Origin: a virus
Lineage: Duplodnaviria; Caudoviricetes
Virus record (IMG/VR): IMGVR_UViG_3300025782_000021
Span: 1 to 47,051 of that record
Reading direction: 5' to 3' (one strand)
DNA: 47,051 nt
Part shown: one piece after another, positions 35,427-43,714 of the stretch
How the letters are laid out: each line of letters starts with the position of its first letter
Numbering within the stretch: position 1 is the stretch's first letter
Notes under the pieces: generated by a model
Told to the model about the DNA's origin: nothing
The model's input: only the letters and a program-made list of their open reading frames with translations
Databases searched by the model: none
Translations under genes and position numbers: made by a program

Positions 35427-35611
35427 TTGAATTTACTATATTAGAGGCTGTGCTACTAGTAGCAGTGGCTATCCTGGCACTTAGCTACTTTCAGCTACAC
35501 AAAGAATTTGAAGCATATAGAAGATCCTCATCAATTATCCTGCTAGGCTTACATCAAGGTAAGCTAAAAACAGTTGAAGACGACGACACCATAACGATTA
35601 AACCTGTATGA
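35423..35611 (+). CDS. Small membrane protein
   Basis: N-terminal TM helix; ATGA overlap with the upstream gene. Confidence 0.6.
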   Translation: MIEFTILEAVLLVAVAILALSYFQLHKEFEAYRRSSSIILLGLHQGKLKTVEDDDTITIKPV

Positions 35612-35793
35612 AGATCTCAGCAGAAGCAGCAACCAAAAACAATTTGCTCATCAATTCTATGCAAAAGAAGTGGGCTAAAGAGGAGCAGGAGAAACAGATC
35701 CAAAAGGTTCTGCAAACAACTGCTAAAGATTACAACCTAGACATTGTATTTTTCTATGAGAGAGTAGATAAAAATGAACACACGAATGCTTAA
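35608..35793 (+). CDS. Hypothetical protein
   Basis: 61 aa, ATGA overlap. Confidence 0.55.
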   Translation: MKISAEAATKNNLLINSMQKKWAKEEQEKQIQKVLQTTAKDYNLDIVFFYERVDKNEHTNA

Positions 35794-35938
35794 ACACGTA
35801 AGAGAATTGTTTAACACTTCCTATGTATCAAATCAAACCAATAGGCACAACCAACGTCAGTGGGTTAGGTCTGTCAAGTTCCTTGGTGACAAGTGGCTGC
35901 TAGCTTCTCACGTACAACGTAAGGAGCAAACTACATAA
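35774..35938 (+). CDS. Small phage protein (54 aa, below the ORF track size cut-off)
   Basis: MNTRMLKHVRELF...NRHNQRQWVRSVKFLGDKWLLA; TAATG coupling to the next gene. Confidence 0.7.
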   Translation: MNTRMLKHVRELFNTSYVSNQTNRHNQRQWVRSVKFLGDKWLLASHVQRKEQTT

Positions 35939-36198
35939 TGCCAGCTATCACTAAGAGGCTACGAGCTTACCTCCAAGAATTTACGGGGGGTATGTCAGTC
36001 AAGACCATTGCTGGAGACTTAGATCTCAAACCTAAATCAGTAGCAACAACAATAAATCGTATGCCTGATACTTATATTATTAGTTGGACACGTATTAACA
36101 ACCGCTGGATACGTCTATGGGCTATAGTAACACCCCCACCAGATGCGCCTATGCCCTCCAGAATGGATGCAAATGAAACACGAGCTAGGAAGAGATAG
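35938..36198 (+). CDS. Putative HTH DNA-binding protein
   Basis: GMSVKTIA..L......V...I.RMPD.YI..W winged-HTH-like pattern; AAGGAG RBS. Confidence 0.6.
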   Translation: MPAITKRLRAYLQEFTGGMSVKTIAGDLDLKPKSVATTINRMPDTYIISWTRINNRWIRLWAIVTPPPDAPMPSRMDANETRARKR

Positions 36199-36232
36199 TT
36201 AACTTTTATTAACCAACACTTTAAGGACTGAA

Positions 36233-36415
36233 ATGAATATCGCTGACTCTATTCCACAAAAGAGTTTTCAACGTACAGACTTTACCCTTTGGCAAAGGGA
36301 GAACTTAGAACAGTTTGCTATTGAAGCTTACGAAAAGATCCAAGATCTAGAACAACTTCTTAAGTCGGTTCACCGAGCTTGGCAACAAGAAGTAGCTACC
36401 AAAGCAACTCACTGA
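36233..36415 (+). CDS. Hypothetical protein, last early gene
   Basis: DF..W.RENLEQFA.EAY; AAGGA RBS. Confidence 0.65.
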   Translation: MNIADSIPQKSFQRTDFTLWQRENLEQFAIEAYEKIQDLEQLLKSVHRAWQQEVATKATH

Positions 36416-36668
36416 GTACTAGGGTATCAAACTCATCCTGTGTGATGTTCTTAGGAACATCTACACCAACAAGAGCCTTCTGTATGTCTTCATACAGGAG
36501 GCTTGTTGCTTTATGGGCGTTGATGATGTCGTTATTAGCAACACCATCCCCAAGAGTTATAACGTGGTTATAACCTATGCAAAGTTGACCCCTAGTGTTC
36601 TTATAGGGGCGAGCTTTAAACCCCACAGTTTCTTTTACAAACTGTAGGGCTTCATCAGAGATCTGCAT
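36396..36668 (-). pseudogene. Truncated, catalytically degenerate GH24 lysozyme homologue
   Basis: MQIS..AL.FVK..VGF...PY....G.L.IGY.H and TQ.EFD.LV lysozyme scaffold; catalytic E/D/T positions altered; ends at 90 aa. Confidence 0.55.
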
Positions 36669-36674
36669 TAGCTA

Positions 36675-37052
36675 TTAAGCAAGACCAATTTCGCCTTCAG
36701 CTTCAAACGTCAAAGACGTAGCAGCCGAAGCACCACCAACCAAAAAGTCGGTAGAGTCAAGACGAACCATACCATACCAATCAACATAGCTGTTGGCAGG
36801 GATAGACGTACCAAAACCCATAAAGGCGTTAGACGAAGAGGGTGTAGCACCTGAAGCACCAATAGCCATAGTAAAAGTAACAGCACCAGAGGTCACGTTG
36901 GTAATACGAACGTGACGCAAGATGATGTAAGGCTGTGTCTGAGTGTAGCCAACAGGTCCAGACAAGGACGTGATGTTACTGTTCAGAATGTTGGTTGTCA
37001 GGGTAGTCGTAAGGGCAACTGGACCCGAACGAAAGACTTTATTAGCTGCCAT
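36675..37052 (-). CDS. Putative virion structural protein (beta-sandwich)
   Basis: 125 aa, I.ITNVT, SIPANS, L...DFL.GGAS; AGGAG RBS. Confidence 0.6.
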   Translation of the reverse strand: MAANKVFRSGPVALTTTLTTNILNSNITSLSGPVGYTQTQPYIILRHVRITNVTSGAVTFTMAIGASGATPSSSNAFMGFGTSIPANSYVDWYGMVRLDSTDFLVGGASAATSLTFEAEGEIGLA

Positions 37053-37119
37053 TTAAAAAACTCCTAGACGCAAAATTAAGGTAGGAAAATACTAGCGTCA
37101 TTGTATTATCCCAGAAAAC

Positions 37120-38652
37120 TTAGTTTAACAGCAAACAGTTGTTTGGAACATAGTTCATTTGAATCCAATTAGTACCGTCAGATACTAGTAGCGTAGCATC
37201 TCCAACAGATGCAGCCAATATAGCCGTACCTGCTGCACCACCACCTACAGGAACTACGTTGCTCGATGCAGACACAAGTGTAAATGCTTGGTAATTTATA
37301 AAGTTAATTGGTCTACCTGGATAAGCTGATGCTGCAGGAAGAGTTACCGTGCAGGTAGATCCAGATTTGTTATTAATAACATAAGTGTCAAACACACCTA
37401 AAGTAAAGTTAGCAGTCTTAGTAACAGGTACAGACCAAGCAATAGAGCTATTAACAGGAACAGTGGGGGCCGTGAGCATAGGCTCATCGGGTTCAGGAAC
37501 TTCAAAATATACAGAAACTCCAGGTAATCCCTGAGTACCTTGAACACCTTGTGTTCCTTGAGGACCCTGAATCCCTTGAGGTCCAGGAACGGGCATACTG
37601 TCTTGTCCATCTTCACCGTCAAATGGAAGAACTGAAATACCTGGAGTCCCTTGTGTGCCCTGAATTCCTTGTGGTCCTTGAATCCCCTGATTACCTGGAA
37701 CTAGAAACATTTCAGGATCTTGTGAGTCTGCTTCTAAGTAAACAGCGGGACCCTGTGGTCCTTGTGGACCAGTATTTCCAGTAGAACCTTGTATACCTTG
37801 GTTACCCTGAACAAGGAACATGTCCGGCTCTTGAGAATCCGCTTCTAAATAGATAGCAGGACCTGCAGGACCCTGTGCTCCCGTATTACCCTGTACGCCC
37901 TGAGAACCTGTAGCACCAATGGGACCTGGTATTGGTTGTCCGTCGTCACCGTCTAAGCCATCGGTAACAAATACTGCAACACCAGGAACACCCTGTGCTC
38001 CAGTGTTCCCAGTAACTCCTTGGGGACCTTGGGGTCCAGGAATTACCATACCATCATCACCCTGATCTCCGTCAATACCTATAGGGTTTGCAGCAGTTCC
38101 AGGTAAACCTTGAGTGCCTTGCGGACCTTGAATACCCTGTGGTCCTGTAGCACCAGTGGGGCCAGTATTACCTTGTGGTCCTTGACTTCCTGGTACTAAG
38201 AACATGTCTTGTTCTTGGTAGTCAGCTTCGAGGTAAACTGCCGGACCCGCAGGTCCCGTTGGGCCAGCTCCACCAGTAGTCCAAACAGGAGCACCGCTAC
38301 CAGTAGATGTCAGTACTTGTCCAGAAGTACCGACATTTGTGAAAGCGTAAGCACCACCATTACCATAAGCTACAGCACCAGCTCTAGGTGTAGCAAACCC
38401 ATTAGTACCGCCGTACTCAATGTCTAATGGAGCAGCAATCTTTACGCTAGTAAAAGACCCCGTAGAAGGGGTAGTAGAACCAATAGCCGTGTTGTCAATA
38501 GCACCACCAGTAACAGCTATTCCATCAGAGTTCTGAGAAGACAGCGATCCGTAGACTCGGTTACTAAGTCTTTGGAACCAATCTCTCCACTGAAAGTTTT
38601 CCCCAATAGGGGACTGTGGAATAGGTGTGTTGCTATTAGGTTTGTTAGCCAT
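37120..38652 (-). CDS. Collagen-like fibre protein with acidic interruptions
   Basis: Gly-X-Y runs, fibre-like N-terminus (GG.ID.T.IG.TTP..G.F, GGT, GQVLTS.G.GA..W), VTLPAAS...SDGTNW C-terminal domain. Confidence 0.85.
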   Translation of the reverse strand: MANKPNSNTPIPQSPIGENFQWRDWFQRLSNRVYGSLSSQNSDGIAVTGGAIDNTAIGSTTPSTGSFTSVKIAAPLDIEYGGTNGFATPRAGAVAYGNGGAYAFTNVGTSGQVLTSTGSGAPVWTTGGAGPTGPAGPAVYLEADYQEQDMFLVPGSQGPQGNTGPTGATGPQGIQGPQGTQGLPGTAANPIGIDGDQGDDGMVIPGPQGPQGVTGNTGAQGVPGVAVFVTDGLDGDDGQPIPGPIGATGSQGVQGNTGAQGPAGPAIYLEADSQEPDMFLVQGNQGIQGSTGNTGPQGPQGPAVYLEADSQDPEMFLVPGNQGIQGPQGIQGTQGTPGISVLPFDGEDGQDSMPVPGPQGIQGPQGTQGVQGTQGLPGVSVYFEVPEPDEPMLTAPTVPVNSSIAWSVPVTKTANFTLGVFDTYVINNKSGSTCTVTLPAASAYPGRPINFINYQAFTLVSASSNVVPVGGGAAGTAILAASVGDATLLVSDGTNWIQMNYVPNNCLLLN

Positions 38653-38654
38653 GA

Positions 38655-39986
38655 TTACTTGTACTTAACGTCTTTGCAATAGCCGTTCTTTTGCAGCTCA
38701 GGCAACATCTTCTCAAGCTTCTCACCAATGTCATCTCGTACCATAGGAGAGTTGATCATGTGAATCTTCTTCTTGAACGTATCGTATGCTTTGCACTTAG
38801 CATCATCAACAGTCTTGCCGACACCAGAGACAGTCAACACATAAGAACCAGCAGTCACCAAGCAAGGCTCGGTGTTCTTACCGTCCTTACCAGGACTAAA
38901 ACCCATCTTAACTTCTGACAGGTGGATGTTCTTAGTAGCATCTTCCATAGTCAAGTCAAAGATAGGATACCCAGTGTTCTCCTTCTTCTTAACGTTGCTA
39001 TAGGGATAGTCAGGTTGAGATACAACAATACCGCAAGCAATGTCTTCTTTAACCTTAAGAGTATCTCTACCATCAAGAGAGTCAAGCATCCACTGCACAG
39101 GATCACCAATGTGAAGAGCTTGTTGGATCTGAAACAGAGGCCAACCAGGACGAGTAGTAAACTCTAGAGGCCAGGGATTACCCTTATTATCAATGATACA
39201 GTTGACATCAATGTAGCCAGAGTAACCAATGCCGTGAAGAAAGTCTTCAAGGGGTTTAAGAACCTTGTCAGCCAACAAAGACTTCTGGGTGTAACGCATA
39301 ACAGTACCTTGCTCACCAGTAGCAGGACCGTAGTCACCAGACATTAGCTTCTTAAACTCCCAGTTCTCAAGGAAGTGTTTAGAGAAGCCACCCAAACCAA
39401 ACCAACCACCAACAGCCATCTCAGATCCAGCGTGGAACTCTTGGAGAACAAAGTCGCCATCATAGGCATTGCTCTTCTTCCACTTGTTCAACATGAACAC
39501 CATGTCTCGCCAGTCTTTAGAGCAGTAGCTAAGAGCCTTGTCTCCGTCACCAATAGGTTTAGACACAAAGCGTTTGTCTTTGTTACTAAGAACGTGAGAG
39601 ATAGCTTCATCGTACTTAGAAAACTTCATGGTAGGAATAATTGGGATACCAGCCCTCTCAAAAACAGCAGCTCCGTACTCCCGATCCTGTTCCCAACGAG
39701 CACCTTCTACATTGCAACCATAGATAGGGTAGCCCTTACGGTGATAGCTTTCAAGCTTATGAATGTAACGACTGTTATCAGTAACAAAGATGAGGTCAGC
39801 CCAGTTCATACTGGGTTCCCAATCAGCTACCTTCTTGAAACAGTCCATACCATCGCCGTTCTCACAACGGCTACCATCAAAGTTGTTACGCATGTACACA
39901 CGTACTTCATGACCATAGGCAGCAGACTTGATAGCCAAGTCCATAGAGAAGCCACAGTCAAACTGGTCAATGATTAGAAGTTTCAT
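38655..39986 (-). CDS. PurD (GAR synthetase)-like ATP-grasp ligase
   Basis: AR.E.DR..G...F..AGIP, FVSKP, VLQEF..G.E, KKL.SGD.GP.TGE.G, LEFT.R.GWP align with PurD motifs. Confidence 0.8.
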   Translation of the reverse strand: MKLLIIDQFDCGFSMDLAIKSAAYGHEVRVYMRNNFDGSRCENGDGMDCFKKVADWEPSMNWADLIFVTDNSRYIHKLESYHRKGYPIYGCNVEGARWEQDREYGAAVFERAGIPIIPTMKFSKYDEAISHVLSNKDKRFVSKPIGDGDKALSYCSKDWRDMVFMLNKWKKSNAYDGDFVLQEFHAGSEMAVGGWFGLGGFSKHFLENWEFKKLMSGDYGPATGEQGTVMRYTQKSLLADKVLKPLEDFLHGIGYSGYIDVNCIIDNKGNPWPLEFTTRPGWPLFQIQQALHIGDPVQWMLDSLDGRDTLKVKEDIACGIVVSQPDYPYSNVKKKENTGYPIFDLTMEDATKNIHLSEVKMGFSPGKDGKNTEPCLVTAGSYVLTVSGVGKTVDDAKCKAYDTFKKKIHMINSPMVRDDIGEKLEKMLPELQKNGYCKDVKYK

Positions 39987-42900
39987 TGTTGATCCCAACC
40001 TTTTTCCTTAGCCTTCTCTTTGTAACGTTTAGCAGCTTCTTTAAGTTGCTTCTCACGTTCGGCTCTTTGTTGTTTACGTTGTTCGGCAGTGCCACCATAG
40101 ATGGGAAAGCCTAATGTTCCCAGTAACGCTCTCTTAGCACCTTCTCCTTCAGGAGCAGTACTAGCTGCTGATACTTGGAAAGGCACAGCCATTTTACCTA
40201 CAGCTTCTAATCTACCAACAGCACTGCGGTCAACTAACTTAGGGGCATCAGGAGATGCGTACTCTAAACCACCAATACCAACAATAGCAGCTTTAGGTAT
40301 AAACCCTAACTTGTTAGACAGGGTTTTATCTGGATCAGCAATCCAGTGATACGGTTCCATAGCGTGCTTCATAGCTTGCATAGACGTACCATCAGGCCAC
40401 TCAATGCGAGTTGCATCTTTGTTTTCCCAGATGGGTCTATTAGCTGTCATCATGTTGATAGCATTCAACAAAGTGAAGTAAGTCAAAGCAGTCTTGAACT
40501 GATACAACCTAGCGTAGTCTGCTTTGGTTGTAGGAGCCATCATGCCTTTAATGCCTTCTACAGGTTGCCACTTAGTTGGGTTGAGGTCTTTAGGCAGAGC
40601 AGCAGTAAAGGCACGAAGAGTTGAGATAGTCCAGTCAGGAGCAAACAATGCTAATTGCAATGCTCTACGACCAGCAGGGTTATATGCAGCCATAGCAATA
40701 CGTTTACCCATTTCAGTACGAGCAGACGTAGCAGCTTCAAACCAATTTAAACCACCAAAGGAGTCATTGACAAAGTTAGAGATCTCTTTACGAGCTTTAG
40801 TCTCATCAAACGGTTTACCTTCTTTAGCAGCTTGGATACGGGCCTTCTCTAAATAGCCTTCTGCAACCATTAGCTTGCCACCAGTGTGCAAGTAGTCCCA
40901 GGTAAACTTATCAAACAAACCAAGGGTAAGCTTCTCAGTAGCACTCAAAGACTTCTCAAGGATACGAGTACGAGGACCAAACTTAGCAATCATTTGATCA
41001 GCAAACTTACCGCCTGCAGCAAGCAAACCTTGAGATACATCTTCAGGCATCTCTAACTGAAGACCACCTTCTCGAATCCACTTGTCAGTACTGTCACCCA
41101 GACCACCGTTACGGAATTGATCAAGAGCTTTAGTGATAGCAGCGTTCTTTGTTCCTAGTAACTTATCACCAGCACTAAGAGCTAACTCTTTAGCAGGAGT
41201 CCAAATAGGAATGCCTGTACTAGAGATAACTTCTAACAGAGACTTAGCGTGGAAGAACGATCCGATAACGTTAATGCGTTTAGCAGCTTGAGAGATAGTC
41301 CCCAATGCTTTCATCAAGTCACCAGGACCAGAGTCAAACACAAACTTCAATGGAGCAACCAGGTCAGGATGCACGGCATAGCCAGCAAATTGGGGACTCT
41401 CCATCATTTCCCAACCTTCTGGTTTAGCTTGCTCTTTAGTTACTTCACGTATCAGAGACTCACCGTTGACATTACGAACCTGTTTTAAGTTATCCACAAG
41501 AGTTTTGTTCTCAATTGCTTTTTGCATTGAGCTTGCGTACTCTTTATAGATCTCTGCAATGTCTTTAGTCTTAATCTGTAAGCGCCACTGACTATCACCC
41601 TTAGCAGCAATACGAGAGTTAGCCTCATTGATAAAGGCTTCTAAGTCAGCAAAAGTTTTAAAGACACGTTGCTTACCAAACTTAGACTCGGTGGTCATGC
41701 CACGCATAGCACCAGCTTCACTAGGTGTTCCTAGTAACGCTTGAATAAACTCTTCACGAGCACCCTTGGGAGCACCAGCCCAATCAATGATGTGGGTTAC
41801 GTAGTCTTCAAGCAGACCTTTAACGACACCCTTCTCAACAGCTTTCTCACCAATTGCTTTAACAAGCTCTTGGTACTTCTCAGCAACCTTAACTTCTTCT
41901 GGGCTAAGACCAGAGAGATCACCTTTGTCAACAGCCTCTGCAATGGCTTCTCTACGAGCAGCATCGGGGATAGCTTCAGCCATCCGTTTAGCTTCGTTGT
42001 GGATGATACGAGCATCAGCCATTTTGTTGTTGATATTCATACCAACAAACTTTTCGGTTTCTTTAATAGGTTCTAACCAAGACTTTTGATACTCTTTAAA
42101 TCCTTCAAAGAACTTAACAGCATCTACTTCACCATGTTTGGCATAGATGTCTGCAGCAATGTCATACATCTCCTGCTCATTAGCAACATCACGAGGAGAA
42201 GTTTTAGTGCGATCTACAGGAGCTTCTTTAGGTGGCTCAGGGGGTAGCTCACCAGATGAGCTAGCCTTTTTTTCTGCTAATGTTTTAAGAGCAGCTTTGT
42301 TAGTCTGATCTTCGTAAGCACCCTTTTCTTGACCTTCTGCACGAGGGGTCTTAACGTGTTCTGCTTCGTGTTGAATAACAAAGTCAATCCACTCTTGAGG
42401 AGTCTTAAACGCATCCTCTGGTAAAGGTTCTACACCTTCTACCTTTGGTTGAGTCCAAGGTTTGTCTTCAAACTGTTGGTACAAATGATCTATGTTGAGA
42501 TCAATACGGAGGGGATTGCCTTCAGCATCACGACGAGTAGTAGCACCAACTCTAGATCCGTCAGCACGAACTTTGTCTAAGCCAGTAGTAACAGGGATAC
42601 CTTCAATAGAAGCAGGAACATCAGCCAGCTTAAAGCGGTCATCACCAGCACTACGTAAGTCACCACTGTGCAAACCATCTTCAGGCATTTGAAGCTTGTG
42701 ATCTTTAGGGATCTGGCCAGTATTCTTAGCCTGATCAACAGCTTCCTTACGATCTAAGAAGCGACCATCTTCTGTAAGGAACCCTTGATCGTGGGTGTCT
42801 TTAGTTTCTGCTTTACGCTTCTCACTGTGTTTAGGACCAAGAGGTTCAATCTCACCAGTCTCTTTGTTCTTAATAGCAGTTTGAACCAAAGGAGACTTAG

Positions 42901-43714
42901 ACTCACGTTCCTTTTGAATCTCTTTAACCTTCTGCAAGAAAACAGCTTTCTCTCCTTCTGTAGCACCAGGAGGAGGTTCAAGAGGCATTGAAGGAGCAGT
43001 TGCAGCTTTTGGTTTAGGCAATACAGCTTGAGCAGTCTTCTCACCTGCTTCAAACAAGCTTTTACCAACACGATTAAACCCAGGCATAGCTGCACCAGCA
43101 GCAGCACTAGCACCTACCTTAATTGGGTCAACCTTACCAGTCTCTACAAACTCTGATCCAGCTTCAATACCTGCTTGTAAGCCTGCACCTGCTGCACGTT
43201 GCATTAGAGGTTTAGTCAACACCTTACCTGCAACTTCAGGTATGGTCTTAGGAGACATACCTGCAAGGTTAGTAAGAGTCTCAGCAGCAAATGTTCCGTA
43301 AGGGTACTGTGCCTTCTCAGCTTGACGTTGTTTGTAATCCTCTGGAGCAAACGCTTCATGCAACATATTTGTTACTTTTTGAGCAGCACCAGAGTAAACA
43401 AACGCACCACCAAGGCCACCAGCCAGCTCAATAGCACCAGCAGTAATGGGTGCAAATGGGCCTGTTAACGGGGCTACAGTAGCAGCAACGGGAGCAGCTA
43501 AAGTTGCACCAGTACCAAAGCCTGTAATACCCGCAGCAGCACTGGGTACAGACTCAATAGAGGTACGAATAATGTTGTGAATAGACCCAGGTTGTTCTGG
43601 AGTAGTAGCACCTATTTTTTTAGGTGGTTCAGCAAGAGTAGCTGTAGATGGATCAAAGCTTTTAGCAGCAGGTTTATCTTCTGCTAACGTAGCAGTACTA
43701 GGATCAAAAGCCAT
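39983..43714 (-). CDS. Large internal virion / DNA ejection protein
   Basis: ~1240 aa; FDPSTATLAE x2, Gly/Ala-rich hydrophobic N-region; third gene of the ejection cluster. Confidence 0.7.
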   Translation of the reverse strand: MAFDPSTATLAEDKPAAKSFDPSTATLAEPPKKIGATTPEQPGSIHNIIRTSIESVPSAAAGITGFGTGATLAAPVAATVAPLTGPFAPITAGAIELAGGLGGAFVYSGAAQKVTNMLHEAFAPEDYKQRQAEKAQYPYGTFAAETLTNLAGMSPKTIPEVAGKVLTKPLMQRAAGAGLQAGIEAGSEFVETGKVDPIKVGASAAAGAAMPGFNRVGKSLFEAGEKTAQAVLPKPKAATAPSMPLEPPPGATEGEKAVFLQKVKEIQKERESKSPLVQTAIKNKETGEIEPLGPKHSEKRKAETKDTHDQGFLTEDGRFLDRKEAVDQAKNTGQIPKDHKLQMPEDGLHSGDLRSAGDDRFKLADVPASIEGIPVTTGLDKVRADGSRVGATTRRDAEGNPLRIDLNIDHLYQQFEDKPWTQPKVEGVEPLPEDAFKTPQEWIDFVIQHEAEHVKTPRAEGQEKGAYEDQTNKAALKTLAEKKASSSGELPPEPPKEAPVDRTKTSPRDVANEQEMYDIAADIYAKHGEVDAVKFFEGFKEYQKSWLEPIKETEKFVGMNINNKMADARIIHNEAKRMAEAIPDAARREAIAEAVDKGDLSGLSPEEVKVAEKYQELVKAIGEKAVEKGVVKGLLEDYVTHIIDWAGAPKGAREEFIQALLGTPSEAGAMRGMTTESKFGKQRVFKTFADLEAFINEANSRIAAKGDSQWRLQIKTKDIAEIYKEYASSMQKAIENKTLVDNLKQVRNVNGESLIREVTKEQAKPEGWEMMESPQFAGYAVHPDLVAPLKFVFDSGPGDLMKALGTISQAAKRINVIGSFFHAKSLLEVISSTGIPIWTPAKELALSAGDKLLGTKNAAITKALDQFRNGGLGDSTDKWIREGGLQLEMPEDVSQGLLAAGGKFADQMIAKFGPRTRILEKSLSATEKLTLGLFDKFTWDYLHTGGKLMVAEGYLEKARIQAAKEGKPFDETKARKEISNFVNDSFGGLNWFEAATSARTEMGKRIAMAAYNPAGRRALQLALFAPDWTISTLRAFTAALPKDLNPTKWQPVEGIKGMMAPTTKADYARLYQFKTALTYFTLLNAINMMTANRPIWENKDATRIEWPDGTSMQAMKHAMEPYHWIADPDKTLSNKLGFIPKAAIVGIGGLEYASPDAPKLVDRSAVGRLEAVGKMAVPFQVSAASTAPEGEGAKRALLGTLGFPIYGGTAEQRKQQRAEREKQLKEAAKRYKEKAKEKGWDQQ

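Noticed and set aside
37480-38270. CRISPR-like or tandem DNA repeat array
   Set aside because: The repetition is explained by Gly-X-Y collagen codons in an intact ORF.
39375-39977. 200-aa + strand ORF and other short antisense ORFs across the late arm
   Set aside because: They overlap well-supported - strand genes and lack motifs and RBS.
38655-39986. PurZ / Z-genome pathway
   Set aside because: PurZ is a PurA homologue; this protein is ATP-grasp PurD-like, and I recognised no DatZ or MazZ genes.
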